The notes beneath the pieces are model-generated. The model searched no databases and had not been told where the DNA came from. It was given only the letters and a program-made list of their open reading frames with translations. A program made the translations under genes and the position numbers. A stretch of DNA of 48,978 nt from a virus (Duplodnaviria; Caudoviricetes), in IMG/VR virus record IMGVR_UViG_3300032257_000021, positions 1-48,978 of that record; one strand, written 5' to 3'. Shown piece by piece: positions 39,187 through 47,666 of this stretch (the stretch's first letter is position 1; every line of letters begins with the position of its first letter).

Positions 39187-39413
39187 CAATTGAATTAAAA
39201 CCCGGTGATGTGTATGTTGATAAGAGTGGGTGTATATGTATTCATCTCGTAGCAGATACGGAGGACAAGCCCCCTCACACTGCCTATTGGAAGAACGCTT
39301 GGAAAGCCTTGGTGTATTTAAAAGGGAATAATGATGAGACAGAGGCAGTGTTGCTTAATATAAACGAGCTTATGACCTCGTTGTTAGACAAATATAATAA
39401 GGAGAATAAATAA
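39183..39413 (+). CDS. Hypothetical protein (paralog family)
   Basis: LKPGDVYVDKSGCIC...NINELM. Confidence 0.6.
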   Translation: MTIELKPGDVYVDKSGCICIHLVADTEDKPPHTAYWKNAWKALVYLKGNNDETEAVLLNINELMTSLLDKYNKENK

Positions 39414-39589
39414 TGAGTAGATGTAAAGCTTGTGATAAAGCACTGGAAGTACATGAAAGCATGTGGGATGAGGAGAAACAAACACATGACGATATGTGCC
39501 ATAAATGCAGAGCTAAATGCTATATTGAAGAGGAAGACAATGGTGTTGATGATTTGCTAAACATGTATATTGATGATGAGGGATGTTGA
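39413..39589 (+). CDS. Small zinc-finger protein (58 aa, not in ORF track)
   Basis: MSRCKACD...DMCHKC, acidic tail, AAGGAG RBS. Confidence 0.65.
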   Translation: MSRCKACDKALEVHESMWDEEKQTHDDMCHKCRAKCYIEEEDNGVDDLLNMYIDDEGC

Positions 39590-39590
39590 C

Positions 39591-40427
39591 ATGACTATAA
39601 ATTTCAAGCCCTATATTGATATGATGGAGGAGCTTGAGGAAGAGGAGCAGGTACATCTAAACCATGAGGATTGTCCTGCCGGACATGACACAAAGAAACG
39701 TTTATATATTAAACGTACAGGAGATTATAATGGAAGACATAATTATATTGCTTATTGCCAACATTGTTCTAGCGGGGGTAGGTATGTCAGCCCTCTACTT
39801 GCACATAAGAAGCCTAGACAGGCAGTTGTGGCTACTACAGCAAATGGTAGGAGGAGGTTTGTACTACCAGCAGATTTTACTGGAGATGCTAGAAGCTGGC
39901 CAGCAGGGGCAAGGGTGTGGCTCTATAGATATGGAATCACAGACGCAGAAATCAAACACTACGGAATCGGATGGAGTGAGGAAAGGGGACGAGTAGTATT
40001 GCCTGTGTACAATGACGGAAAGCTTGCATTATATCAGACAAGACGTATCAGAAAGTATGATAGTAAGCCTAAGTATTTAACATACAGGAACGAGAGTAGG
40101 CTCTTTATAACACGTTATAATGTGGACACATGTGTTATAACAGAAGACTTTCTCTCAGCTATTAAATGTGGACGCTTGACAAATACAGCAGGGTGTGCAT
40201 TACTAGGGGCAAGCTTGCAAGACAAGCATATATTAACATTGTTGTCAAGCTTTAATAAATTTATTATATTTCTTGATGATGACAACAGCCAAGTGAGGAG
40301 AAGTCAATTGAAAATTAAGCACAAATTAGAATTATTTGCCAGTGTTAGACTTATATCTGGAGACACTCATCCGGGAGTTGACCCAAAAGAAATGTCTGAT
40401 GAAGACTTGGAGAAATTATTATGTTAA
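39591..40427 (+). CDS. DNA primase (Zn-binding + TOPRIM)
   Basis: HxxC...CQHC, PKY, VITEDFLSA and FLDDD motifs. Confidence 0.82.
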   Translation: MTINFKPYIDMMEELEEEEQVHLNHEDCPAGHDTKKRLYIKRTGDYNGRHNYIAYCQHCSSGGRYVSPLLAHKKPRQAVVATTANGRRRFVLPADFTGDARSWPAGARVWLYRYGITDAEIKHYGIGWSEERGRVVLPVYNDGKLALYQTRRIRKYDSKPKYLTYRNESRLFITRYNVDTCVITEDFLSAIKCGRLTNTAGCALLGASLQDKHILTLLSSFNKFIIFLDDDNSQVRRSQLKIKHKLELFASVRLISGDTHPGVDPKEMSDEDLEKLLC

Positions 40428-40663
40428 AATTATATAGAAACTCTGGTGGGTATTATATCATAGCTGACATAGACAGAAGAATTTCTCTTCATTTATATGA
40501 GCGTTGTAGTAGTGATATGCATAAGGGAATTTTTAATGAGGATTATGTGAAGGGGCTGGAGTTCGTAGAAGAGGATATTGATATAAACAGAGTGCTTAGC
40601 GCACTTGTTCCACAGCTGGATAAGTATTTTACTGTGGAGGGTGTATTTCCTCCTGAGAGTTGA
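40421..40663 (+). CDS. Hypothetical protein
   Basis: GGAG RBS; coupled. Confidence 0.55.
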   Translation: MLKLYRNSGGYYIIADIDRRISLHLYERCSSDMHKGIFNEDYVKGLEFVEEDIDINRVLSALVPQLDKYFTVEGVFPPES

Positions 40664-40688
40664 CATTTGAATAAAAGCATGATATAAT
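40660..40688 (+). promoter_or_regulatory. Sigma70 promoter upstream of the helicase
   Basis: TTGACA-17-TATAAT with extended TG. Confidence 0.85.
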
Positions 40689-40712
40689 ATTAATTAAGAT
40701 ATTAGATAATAA

Positions 40713-40800
40713 AGATATTTAATATACATATATTCTCTTAAAGAATATATGTTCTAGATATTTAATATACATTATTTTCTTTTAAGGAAAATAATGTTCT
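40713..40800. repeat. Two tandem ~44-bp AT-rich units, each with an 11-bp hairpin
   Basis: AGATATTTAATATACAT...TGTTCT occurs twice; the stems differ but stay paired. Confidence 0.75.
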
Positions 40801-40813
40801 AAAGGAGAATTTA

Positions 40814-42064
40814 ATGGAATTAGATATTATTCAATATTTGTCTAACAAAGACAATTATAATAATTATTATAAATACATAAAAGAACATACATTAACAAAA
40901 GAGGGCAATACTATTCTGTCAGACATAGGGCAGTGGTATATGGATGACAGCACAAGGGAGGATGTAGATTGGCCTAGCTTCACTACATGGTTTAAATGTA
41001 TAAAACATCCACAATACAAACAAGAGCAGCTTGAATTATATCAGAAGATATTTGACAGGTTAGACGAGCATGAAGAGGATGAGACATTAACAGAGCAGCT
41101 TATTGAGCATTTCATTGGGCTTGACTATTTCACTAAGATAGCAGACGTAGCTAACAGAGGAGCAGAGGGGGATGACAGTGCTACGTTAGAGGACGTAGGC
41201 GACCTTGTACGGGAGTATCACACGACAGCAGGGAAAATGGCAGAAGGGGACAACTACCTTGTTACAGACGATTTCACAGACCTTGTAGAGAGCACAACAA
41301 CAACAGGGCTGTCTTGGAGACTGCCAGACTTTAACAAAGCTTTAGGAAAGCTTAGGCATGGCAATCTTGTGATAGTGGCTAGCAGACCAGACAGTGGTAA
41401 GACAAGCCTCATGGCTAGTGAGCTGTCATTCATGGCAGAGCAGCTAGAAGAAGATCAGAATGTTGTTATATTAGCTAATGAAGAGCCGGGCAAGGCTCTT
41501 AAGAAACGTATTGTCTGTTCTGCTTTAGGCATAACAGCAGCAGATATGGATGCTGCCCCTCTGGTGGCAACAGACAGCTATATGAAATTGTATGGACGTA
41601 TGGATAAAATTAGGGTGTTTCATAACAGCTCAATGGACATTAATTTTGTAGAGAAAGTGTTGAAAGAGAATAATCCGGGTTTGATTATAATGGATCAATA
41701 TTGGAGGATACATGGATATGAGAAAGGCAGCGCTGGTGAAGTGGATAGACTTGGAAAGATGTTTAAACGTGCAAGGGAATTGGCAAGCCTATACGCTCCT
41801 GTTCTTGCTGTTCATCAATTAGATGGTGCAGCAGAAGGGATGAAATATCCGGGCATGAATCATTTGTACGGCACTAAAACTGTAGCACAAGGGGATGCTG
41901 ATGCAATTATATTATTAGGGCGTTGTTATGAACCGGGGTATGAGAAGAGTCGTTTCTTACATATACCAAAGAACAAGCTTGCAAGTGAGGATGAGAGTAT
42001 GAGGAATTTAAAGAGTGAAGTAGAATTTGAGCCAGAAATAGCACGCTTTAAGAGTATGTTATGA
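40814..42064 (+). CDS. DnaB-like replicative helicase
   Basis: SRPDSGKTS Walker A, ANEE, IIMDQ, HQL and KNK motifs. Confidence 0.88.
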   Translation: MELDIIQYLSNKDNYNNYYKYIKEHTLTKEGNTILSDIGQWYMDDSTREDVDWPSFTTWFKCIKHPQYKQEQLELYQKIFDRLDEHEEDETLTEQLIEHFIGLDYFTKIADVANRGAEGDDSATLEDVGDLVREYHTTAGKMAEGDNYLVTDDFTDLVESTTTTGLSWRLPDFNKALGKLRHGNLVIVASRPDSGKTSLMASELSFMAEQLEEDQNVVILANEEPGKALKKRIVCSALGITAADMDAAPLVATDSYMKLYGRMDKIRVFHNSSMDINFVEKVLKENNPGLIIMDQYWRIHGYEKGSAGEVDRLGKMFKRARELASLYAPVLAVHQLDGAAEGMKYPGMNHLYGTKTVAQGDADAIILLGRCYEPGYEKSRFLHIPKNKLASEDESMRNLKSEVEFEPEIARFKSML

Positions 42065-42069
42065 CCCTT

Positions 42070-42097
42070 GTAGGTTCAAGTCCTGCCGACCGCACCA
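42070..42097 (+). other. Isolated tRNA 3' fragment (T-arm, acceptor strand, CCA)
   Basis: GTAGG-TTCAAGT-CCTGC-CGACCGC-A-CCA; no 5' half upstream. Confidence 0.7.
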
Positions 42098-42119
42098 TTA
42101 TTAAAGAGGATATGTAGAT

Positions 42120-42380
42120 ATGAGTGAAGAATTGAAAGCGTGTCCCTTTTGTGGTGGCAATGATATACGTTTTTCATTAAAGACAAGAGGAGTAAGAGAA
42201 ATTAAATACCATGCCACGATGTATTGTAATGATTGTCATTGTTACGGGAAACGAACATTAACACAATCAATTCCATCCTCTAATTATTCTGGCCGAAGGG
42301 CTATTAAGAACGACAAGACAGTACAGGAACTAGCTATAGCTGCATGGAACACAAGAACCCTGCCTGAAGTGGAGGAATAA
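42120..42380 (+). CDS. Lar-family (restriction alleviation-like) zinc-finger protein
   Basis: ELKACPFCGG...CNDC...AIAAWNTR. Confidence 0.75.
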   Translation: MSEELKACPFCGGNDIRFSLKTRGVREIKYHATMYCNDCHCYGKRTLTQSIPSSNYSGRRAIKNDKTVQELAIAAWNTRTLPEVEE

Positions 42381-43579
42381 TGAATATAAACAATGTATTG
42401 ATATTAGACTTAGAAACAAGTATTAAAAACAGAGGGGAGGATGCAATAGGAAAGAACAAGGCAAGCCCGTTTGATAGGAATAATAATATTGTAGCAGCAG
42501 GCTGGAAATGGCACAATCAAAATATTATAACACGTTATAAAGGTATGACTAACGAAATGTTCGGTGGAATGGGAGGCCCTTTGGAATGCCTTGTAGGGCA
42601 TAACATTAAATTTGATTTGTTATATTTATTACAGAGGGATTTTCCACATGTAAGGGAATGGTTTAATGAGCCTCATACTATATGGGACACACAGCTTGCT
42701 GAATATCTATTATCAGGGCAGACAGCTCTATATCCTACATTAGACTATTGTGCCGAGAAGAGGGGAGGCACATTAAAAGACGATAGGATTAAGGAGTATT
42801 GGAATGAAGGGGTGGATACAGAGGACATTCCTAAAGAACAGCTATTGGAATATTTAAAGCATGACGTTAAGAATACAGAAATTGTATTCCATTCTCAATT
42901 GCTAGAGGCTCAACAGAGGGGAATGCTCCCTTTGATATATTCTCAGATGAAAGCCCTCAAAGCAACAATAGAAATGGAGAACAATGGACTTACATTCAAT
43001 AGACAGGGGGCATATGAAGAAGCACAAAAATTAGCAAGGATACAAGACAATAACATAACAGTAGCAAAAACCTTCATGGCAATACATATGCCCGGTATGA
43101 CTTTTGATGACATCAATCCCTTGTCAAACGACCAAGTTAGTGCTGTTTTATTTGGGGGTGGGTATAAGCTTAAGACAGACAAGGCTGTTATAGACGACTT
43201 GGGAGAGGCTATAGTATATAAGACAGGCAAGCGTAAGGGAGAAGTTAAGACAAAGAAAGCATTAGTAGAAATGGAAACAATGGGAATGCAAGCAGACACA
43301 AAATACACAACACCTGCTAGTAAGGCAGGATATTATTCTGTAGATGTTGGTGTCTTGAAGAAGCTCAAGGGGCAGTATGCTGGCACTATATCCACCTTCT
43401 GCAAAAAGCTACTAGAAATAAGACAACTGTCTAAGGATATTAACACATACTATATAGGATATGGGAAGCTTGTATGGCCTGATGGGAGAATACATGGCAA
43501 ATTAAATCATTGTAGTACAGCAACAGGAAGGCTCGCCTCCAGTGAGCCGAATTTACAGAATGTTAGTGGAGGAGATTGA
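42380..43579 (+). CDS. polA: DNA polymerase A, N-terminal part (3'-5' exonuclease + thumb)
   Basis: DLET, GHNIKFD, WDT and YLKHD exonuclease motifs; HGKLNHCSTATGRLASSEPNLQN. Confidence 0.9.
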   Translation: MNINNVLILDLETSIKNRGEDAIGKNKASPFDRNNNIVAAGWKWHNQNIITRYKGMTNEMFGGMGGPLECLVGHNIKFDLLYLLQRDFPHVREWFNEPHTIWDTQLAEYLLSGQTALYPTLDYCAEKRGGTLKDDRIKEYWNEGVDTEDIPKEQLLEYLKHDVKNTEIVFHSQLLEAQQRGMLPLIYSQMKALKATIEMENNGLTFNRQGAYEEAQKLARIQDNNITVAKTFMAIHMPGMTFDDINPLSNDQVSAVLFGGGYKLKTDKAVIDDLGEAIVYKTGKRKGEVKTKKALVEMETMGMQADTKYTTPASKAGYYSVDVGVLKKLKGQYAGTISTFCKKLLEIRQLSKDINTYYIGYGKLVWPDGRIHGKLNHCSTATGRLASSEPNLQNVSGGD

Positions 43580-43580
43580 T

Positions 43581-43730
43581 ATGACAACACATGACAATAA
43601 TGTATTAACATATGACAATATAATAGAAGCAGAATATGACCAATGGAAGCAACAGCTAGAGCTAGAGCAACAGGAGCAAGAAAACGAGCTCCTGTCTGAT
43701 TATACGGAGGAAGATGAATGTCCGACATAA
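43581..43730 (+). CDS. 49-aa acidic peptide between the polymerase halves
   Basis: GGAGGA RBS; D/E/Q-rich. Confidence 0.55.
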   Translation: MTTHDNNVLTYDNIIEAEYDQWKQQLELEQQEQENELLSDYTEEDECPT

Positions 43731-44560
43731 AGAAGTTCTTTACAAGCAGATGGGGAGAGGAGGGGTACATTGTAGAATGTGACTTCTCTCAGTTAGAAAT
43801 AGCTGTCCTTGCATATTTAACACAAGACCCACAGCTAATGGAAGACTTAAAAGAGGGGGTGGATGTACACAGTATTAATGCACAACATTTATTTGGGAAG
43901 AATTTTACAGACAAACAGAGGAAGATAGCTAAGAGCTTAAGCTTCCAGCTCCAGTATGGAGCAGGGGCTGCAAGCATGGCAGAGTCTAACGGTATTCCAC
44001 TAAAGAAAGCAAAGGAGTTTATATCACATTATTATTCACGCTATCACGAAGTGAAGGCATGGCAAGACATGATAGCAGACAATGTAAAGAGAAACAGAGC
44101 TCCCTCTCATAAGAGGACAGCAGGAGGACTACCAGCAGGCAAGAGTGTTATAGACAGCGAGACAGGGAGATGCTATTCCTTTCATGAATACGATGCTCCC
44201 TCTTTCATGAGAGAAAGGGGGGTAGACGCAAGCTTTTCCCCTACACAGATGAAGAACTACCCGGTGCAGGGCTTTGCTACAGGGGACATTGTACCTATGA
44301 TAGTAGGTGAGCTATTTGATGTCCTGAAAGCCTCTCCTGCGCTCTCTAAGCAAGCCCTATTGGTTAATACAGTGCATGACAGCATTGTACTAGATGTACG
44401 ACAGGAGGTGTTAGACGAGGCTATAGAAACAACACTAAAAGTAATGGAAAGTGCACCAAAATTATTGCGAAAATATTTTGGCATTACATTCAACATGCCT
44501 TTGCCAGCAACAGCGAGCTTTGGAAGAACATGGGGACACCAAGTGGATTATGTGAGATAA
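43718..44560 (+). CDS. polA: DNA polymerase A, C-terminal catalytic part
   Basis: Motif A DFSQLE, motif B RKIAKSLSFQLQYG (Phe762 type), NYPVQG, motif C VHDS. Confidence 0.92.
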   Translation: MSDIKKFFTSRWGEEGYIVECDFSQLEIAVLAYLTQDPQLMEDLKEGVDVHSINAQHLFGKNFTDKQRKIAKSLSFQLQYGAGAASMAESNGIPLKKAKEFISHYYSRYHEVKAWQDMIADNVKRNRAPSHKRTAGGLPAGKSVIDSETGRCYSFHEYDAPSFMRERGVDASFSPTQMKNYPVQGFATGDIVPMIVGELFDVLKASPALSKQALLVNTVHDSIVLDVRQEVLDEAIETTLKVMESAPKLLRKYFGITFNMPLPATASFGRTWGHQVDYVR

Positions 44561-44563
44561 TAG

Positions 44564-44592
44564 TTGCAATTTTAATTATAGCATGTTATAAT
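44564..44592 (+). promoter_or_regulatory. Sigma70 promoter overlapping a palindrome variant
   Basis: TTGCAA-17-TATAAT with extended TG; TTATAGCATGTTATAA at 44576. Confidence 0.75.
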
Positions 44593-44639
44593 ATAGGTAT
44601 GAAGAGTGAGAAATTAATTTAAACAGAGAGGAAGAGAAG

Positions 44640-45122
44640 ATGATTAAAGGTGTAGTGGAAGGTGTATCAAATAATTATGGTAAGTTTAGCGTACTGATTG
44701 GTGGCGTGTGGTATGGCACTAAGGCTGAGTATGCTACATTCCAAAAGCCAGAGAAGGGTGATGAAATTAGTTTTGATAATGGAGGAGACGGTAAGAAATA
44801 TTTACAGAAAGTAACCATTGTTAGCTCCGGGAATGCCCCTGCCGCTAACAATTCGTCCTCAGCAGTGGCTGGGAAGCCAGCAGCACGAGGTGGATATTCC
44901 CGTGGAAGCTTTCCAATTGAGCCTTTAGATGGACAGCGTAGTATTATACGACAGAATGCTGTTACGAATGCTAATAGCTTCCTTTATAATTTTGGTACAA
45001 GTAGTTCAATTCCTCCCACAGTAGAGGATTTAATAGACATTGCTAGACAAATAGAAGCTTATACAGCAGGAGACTTAGACAGAGAACGAGCTAAGGAATT
45101 AGCAGAAGCTGAGGAGGGATAG
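44640..45122 (+). CDS. Putative single-stranded DNA-binding protein
   Basis: OB-like N-terminus, flexible linker, QRSIIRQNA, acidic tail; between polymerase and exonuclease. Confidence 0.5.
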   Translation: MIKGVVEGVSNNYGKFSVLIGGVWYGTKAEYATFQKPEKGDEISFDNGGDGKKYLQKVTIVSSGNAPAANNSSSAVAGKPAARGGYSRGSFPIEPLDGQRSIIRQNAVTNANSFLYNFGTSSSIPPTVEDLIDIARQIEAYTAGDLDRERAKELAEAEEG

Positions 45123-45123
45123 T

Positions 45124-45360
45124 ATGCCAGACTTTACAGACGGTAGTGCAAGTGTGTATGATGTTCTCTACTATTATGATGATGAAGGTCAGGATTATGA
45201 GACATATGCTGATCAGTGTACCTATGAAGAAGCTAAAAAAGAGGCACAGGAGTTTGTAAAACGCAATCCCTCCTATACTGTCTGGGTTAGTGGGCCTCAT
45301 GTAGTGTACACAGCAACTATAGCAGAACCTAAAGTTAAAACACAGGTGATTGTAAGCTGA
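45124..45360 (+). CDS. Hypothetical protein
   Basis: GGAGG RBS. Confidence 0.55.
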   Translation: MPDFTDGSASVYDVLYYYDDEGQDYETYADQCTYEEAKKEAQEFVKRNPSYTVWVSGPHVVYTATIAEPKVKTQVIVS

Positions 45361-46085
45361 TGCTTGCCCTTATAGACATGGACATCCTTGTTTATAGCTG
45401 TGGCTTTGCCTCTGATGCGGAAGCTAAGAGGCAGGGCTTGGAGCATGAGCCTTTGAATTATTGTCTACAAATTGTCAATCAACTCATTGATAGAATTGTG
45501 TTGGAGACACAAGCAGATGACTACAAGGGATATTTAACAGGCAAGAATAATTACAGAGAAGAGCTTGCTGTTACGTTGCCTTACAAGGGCAACAGGGACA
45601 CAAGCCATAAGCCTTATTGGTACAAAGAAATTAAGAAATATTTAGTTTCACATCATAACGCAGAGATAATTGATGGGATGGAAGCAGATGATAAGCTAGG
45701 CATTGAATGTACTAAGGACAATACCAACACTGTCATTGCTACAATTGATAAAGACTTACGCATGATAGAGGGCTACCATTACAATTGGAGGAAAGGCAGC
45801 CATGTAGACCATGTAACAGAAGCAGAAGGCACTAAATTCTTCTACACACAGCTCTTGACAGGAGATATGACAGATAATATACAAGGCATTCGGGGCATAG
45901 GCCCCAAGAAAGCAGAGAAAATATTAGCTGGGTGTATAACAGAGCGAGAATTATATTGTGCTGTAGGTAATGCATATGCTGTAGCATACGATAGTCCAGA
46001 AGAGGTGATGAAAGAAATGGCTGACTTATTATGGATACAGAAAAGGGAGGGGGTGCTGTGGCAACCACCAATGAAGAGCGCATAA
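45360..46085 (+). CDS. 5'-3' exonuclease (T7 gp6-like)
   Basis: IDMD, YKGNR, EADD, DKDL and GDMTDNIQGIRGIGPKKA motifs. Confidence 0.9.
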   Translation: MLALIDMDILVYSCGFASDAEAKRQGLEHEPLNYCLQIVNQLIDRIVLETQADDYKGYLTGKNNYREELAVTLPYKGNRDTSHKPYWYKEIKKYLVSHHNAEIIDGMEADDKLGIECTKDNTNTVIATIDKDLRMIEGYHYNWRKGSHVDHVTEAEGTKFFYTQLLTGDMTDNIQGIRGIGPKKAEKILAGCITERELYCAVGNAYAVAYDSPEEVMKEMADLLWIQKREGVLWQPPMKSA

Positions 46086-46432
46086 TTATTACAGGGACAC
46101 AGACAGATAAAACTTACCATGAATTTAATTGCTCATATGAGTATAGAGTTTGGTGTAGATATGCAGCAAGTACGACAGACACTTTTAATCTGAAAGAGCT
46201 TATTGTTCATAAATCTGTAGCAAAAGAGCTATCTTCAAAATATATTGACGAGGAAGTTTGGGTGGAACTCTCCAGAGAGCTTGCTATAGGCATAAAGGAA
46301 GCACACCCTAACGCTGCGCTTATTCCCTGTCCTGATGTACTGGGAAACACTCCTCTTATAACTATACCACAAGAGGATGCTTTTGTAGTGGCAGGTCGTT
46401 ACGGTATGGGCGTTCTTAGGAGTCCTCCATAA
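46058..46432 (+). CDS. Hypothetical protein
   Basis: GTG start after GGAGG inferred. Confidence 0.5.
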   Translation: MATTNEERIIITGTQTDKTYHEFNCSYEYRVWCRYAASTTDTFNLKELIVHKSVAKELSSKYIDEEVWVELSRELAIGIKEAHPNAALIPCPDVLGNTPLITIPQEDAFVVAGRYGMGVLRSPP

Positions 46433-46812
46433 TGGGAAGAAAAACACCACCATTCACAAACTACCCACGATGGACAGAGGCTAGATTTTGGTCGTTCATA
46501 CGCTCTGCCTTACGCAGAGCTTGGATGAAATATCCTGTCAAATACACTGTCCTCTCTGCCAACAGGAAGAAATATACAGGGACAGACAAGAGAATTAAAT
46601 GGACATACACATGTGAGATATGTGAAGAAGAGAAGATGCAGAAGGAAATAGAGGTGGATCACATAGAGCCAGCAGGTAGCTTAAAATGCTATGAAGACTT
46701 GCCCGGATTTGTGGAACGTCTCTTTACATCAGAAGACAAACTACGTGTAATTTGTAAGCCTTGTCACTTAGAGGTGACGGCTGAAGAGAAAAGGAGAATC
46801 AGTGATGGATAA
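46432..46812 (+). CDS. HNH endonuclease
   Basis: FIRSALRR, CEIC, VDHIEP and CKPCH motifs. Confidence 0.8.
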   Translation: MGRKTPPFTNYPRWTEARFWSFIRSALRRAWMKYPVKYTVLSANRKKYTGTDKRIKWTYTCEICEEEKMQKEIEVDHIEPAGSLKCYEDLPGFVERLFTSEDKLRVICKPCHLEVTAEEKRRISDG

Positions 46813-47497
46813 TACAATAATTATTTCAGATACACATGCTCCCTACCAACACAGGGATACGCTGCCCTTTCTAGCTGCTATCAAGGAGGAGTATGACATT
46901 AAAATAGCCAAGCACTCAGGAGACTTGGCTGACAATCATACAGCTTCCTATCATGAGATAGAATACGGCACATTAAGTGCCGAGAAAGAATATCAACAGA
47001 CAATGCTGTTTGCTAAACAGCTTGAAGAGATATATCCCGACTTAACTATTGTGTTAGGTAACCACTGCAAGCTTACACATAGGAAAGCTAAGACAGCAGG
47101 TATACCAGAGGATCATCTCAAGAGCTATAACGATGTGTACGGAGTGAATTGGACATGGAAGGACAAAGACTATTTTAAAATAGACAAATTTAATAATTGT
47201 CTTTTAACACATGCACAGAGCAGCTCTACATTGCAGAATGCAAAGATACATTCACATTGTACCATTCAAGGGCATCATCATGGGACATTTGGTATAGAAT
47301 ATTTTGCTGATACAGAAGCATTACGATGGGCTATGACTGTAGGCTGTCTCGTAGACCCACATAGTCCTGCTTTTAATTATGCTAAAGGGAACACAAGCTC
47401 TCGCCCCATCTTAGGATGTGGCAGCATAATAGAAGACAGGCCAATATTAATTCCTATGCAGCTTAAGAAGAGTGGGAGATGGAACGGGGTGGTATGA
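46805..47497 (+). CDS. Calcineurin-like metallophosphoesterase
   Basis: SDTH, GDLAD, GNH, TH and GHHH motifs. Confidence 0.85.
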   Translation: MDNTIIISDTHAPYQHRDTLPFLAAIKEEYDIKIAKHSGDLADNHTASYHEIEYGTLSAEKEYQQTMLFAKQLEEIYPDLTIVLGNHCKLTHRKAKTAGIPEDHLKSYNDVYGVNWTWKDKDYFKIDKFNNCLLTHAQSSSTLQNAKIHSHCTIQGHHHGTFGIEYFADTEALRWAMTVGCLVDPHSPAFNYAKGNTSSRPILGCGSIIEDRPILIPMQLKKSGRWNGVV

Positions 47498-47498
47498 T

Positions 47499-47666
47499 AT
47501 GCACACATTAGATGAACTACTGGCAATTATCAAGGAGCGTATAGACCCTGATGAACTGATTGATATTCTAGGGCTAACGACAGATGATTTGGTACAAGAG
47601 TTGTTTGAGAAAATAGCAGACAACAGAGATAAAATAATTGAATACTTGGAGCTGGAGGATGAGTAG
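47499..47666 (+). CDS. Small acidic hypothetical protein
   Basis: DPDELIDILGLTTDDLV. Confidence 0.6.
   Translation: MHTLDELLAIIKERIDPDELIDILGLTTDDLVQELFEKIADNRDKIIEYLELEDE

Noticed and set aside
42020-42097. Complete tRNA gene
   Set aside because: No acceptor 5' strand, D-arm or anticodon arm; the upstream sequence is helicase coding.
43568-43717. T4 gene 60-style ribosome hop between matching GGA-GGA codons
   Set aside because: The landing GGA GGA is followed by AGA TGA in frame; the repeats are better explained as Shine-Dalgarno sequences.
42380-44560. Modified-base (e.g. Z-genome) system or alternative genetic code explaining the polymerase split
   Set aside because: No PurZ or other base-modification genes were recognised. 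The gap contains both TGA and TAA in frame, and other genes are intact under the standard code.
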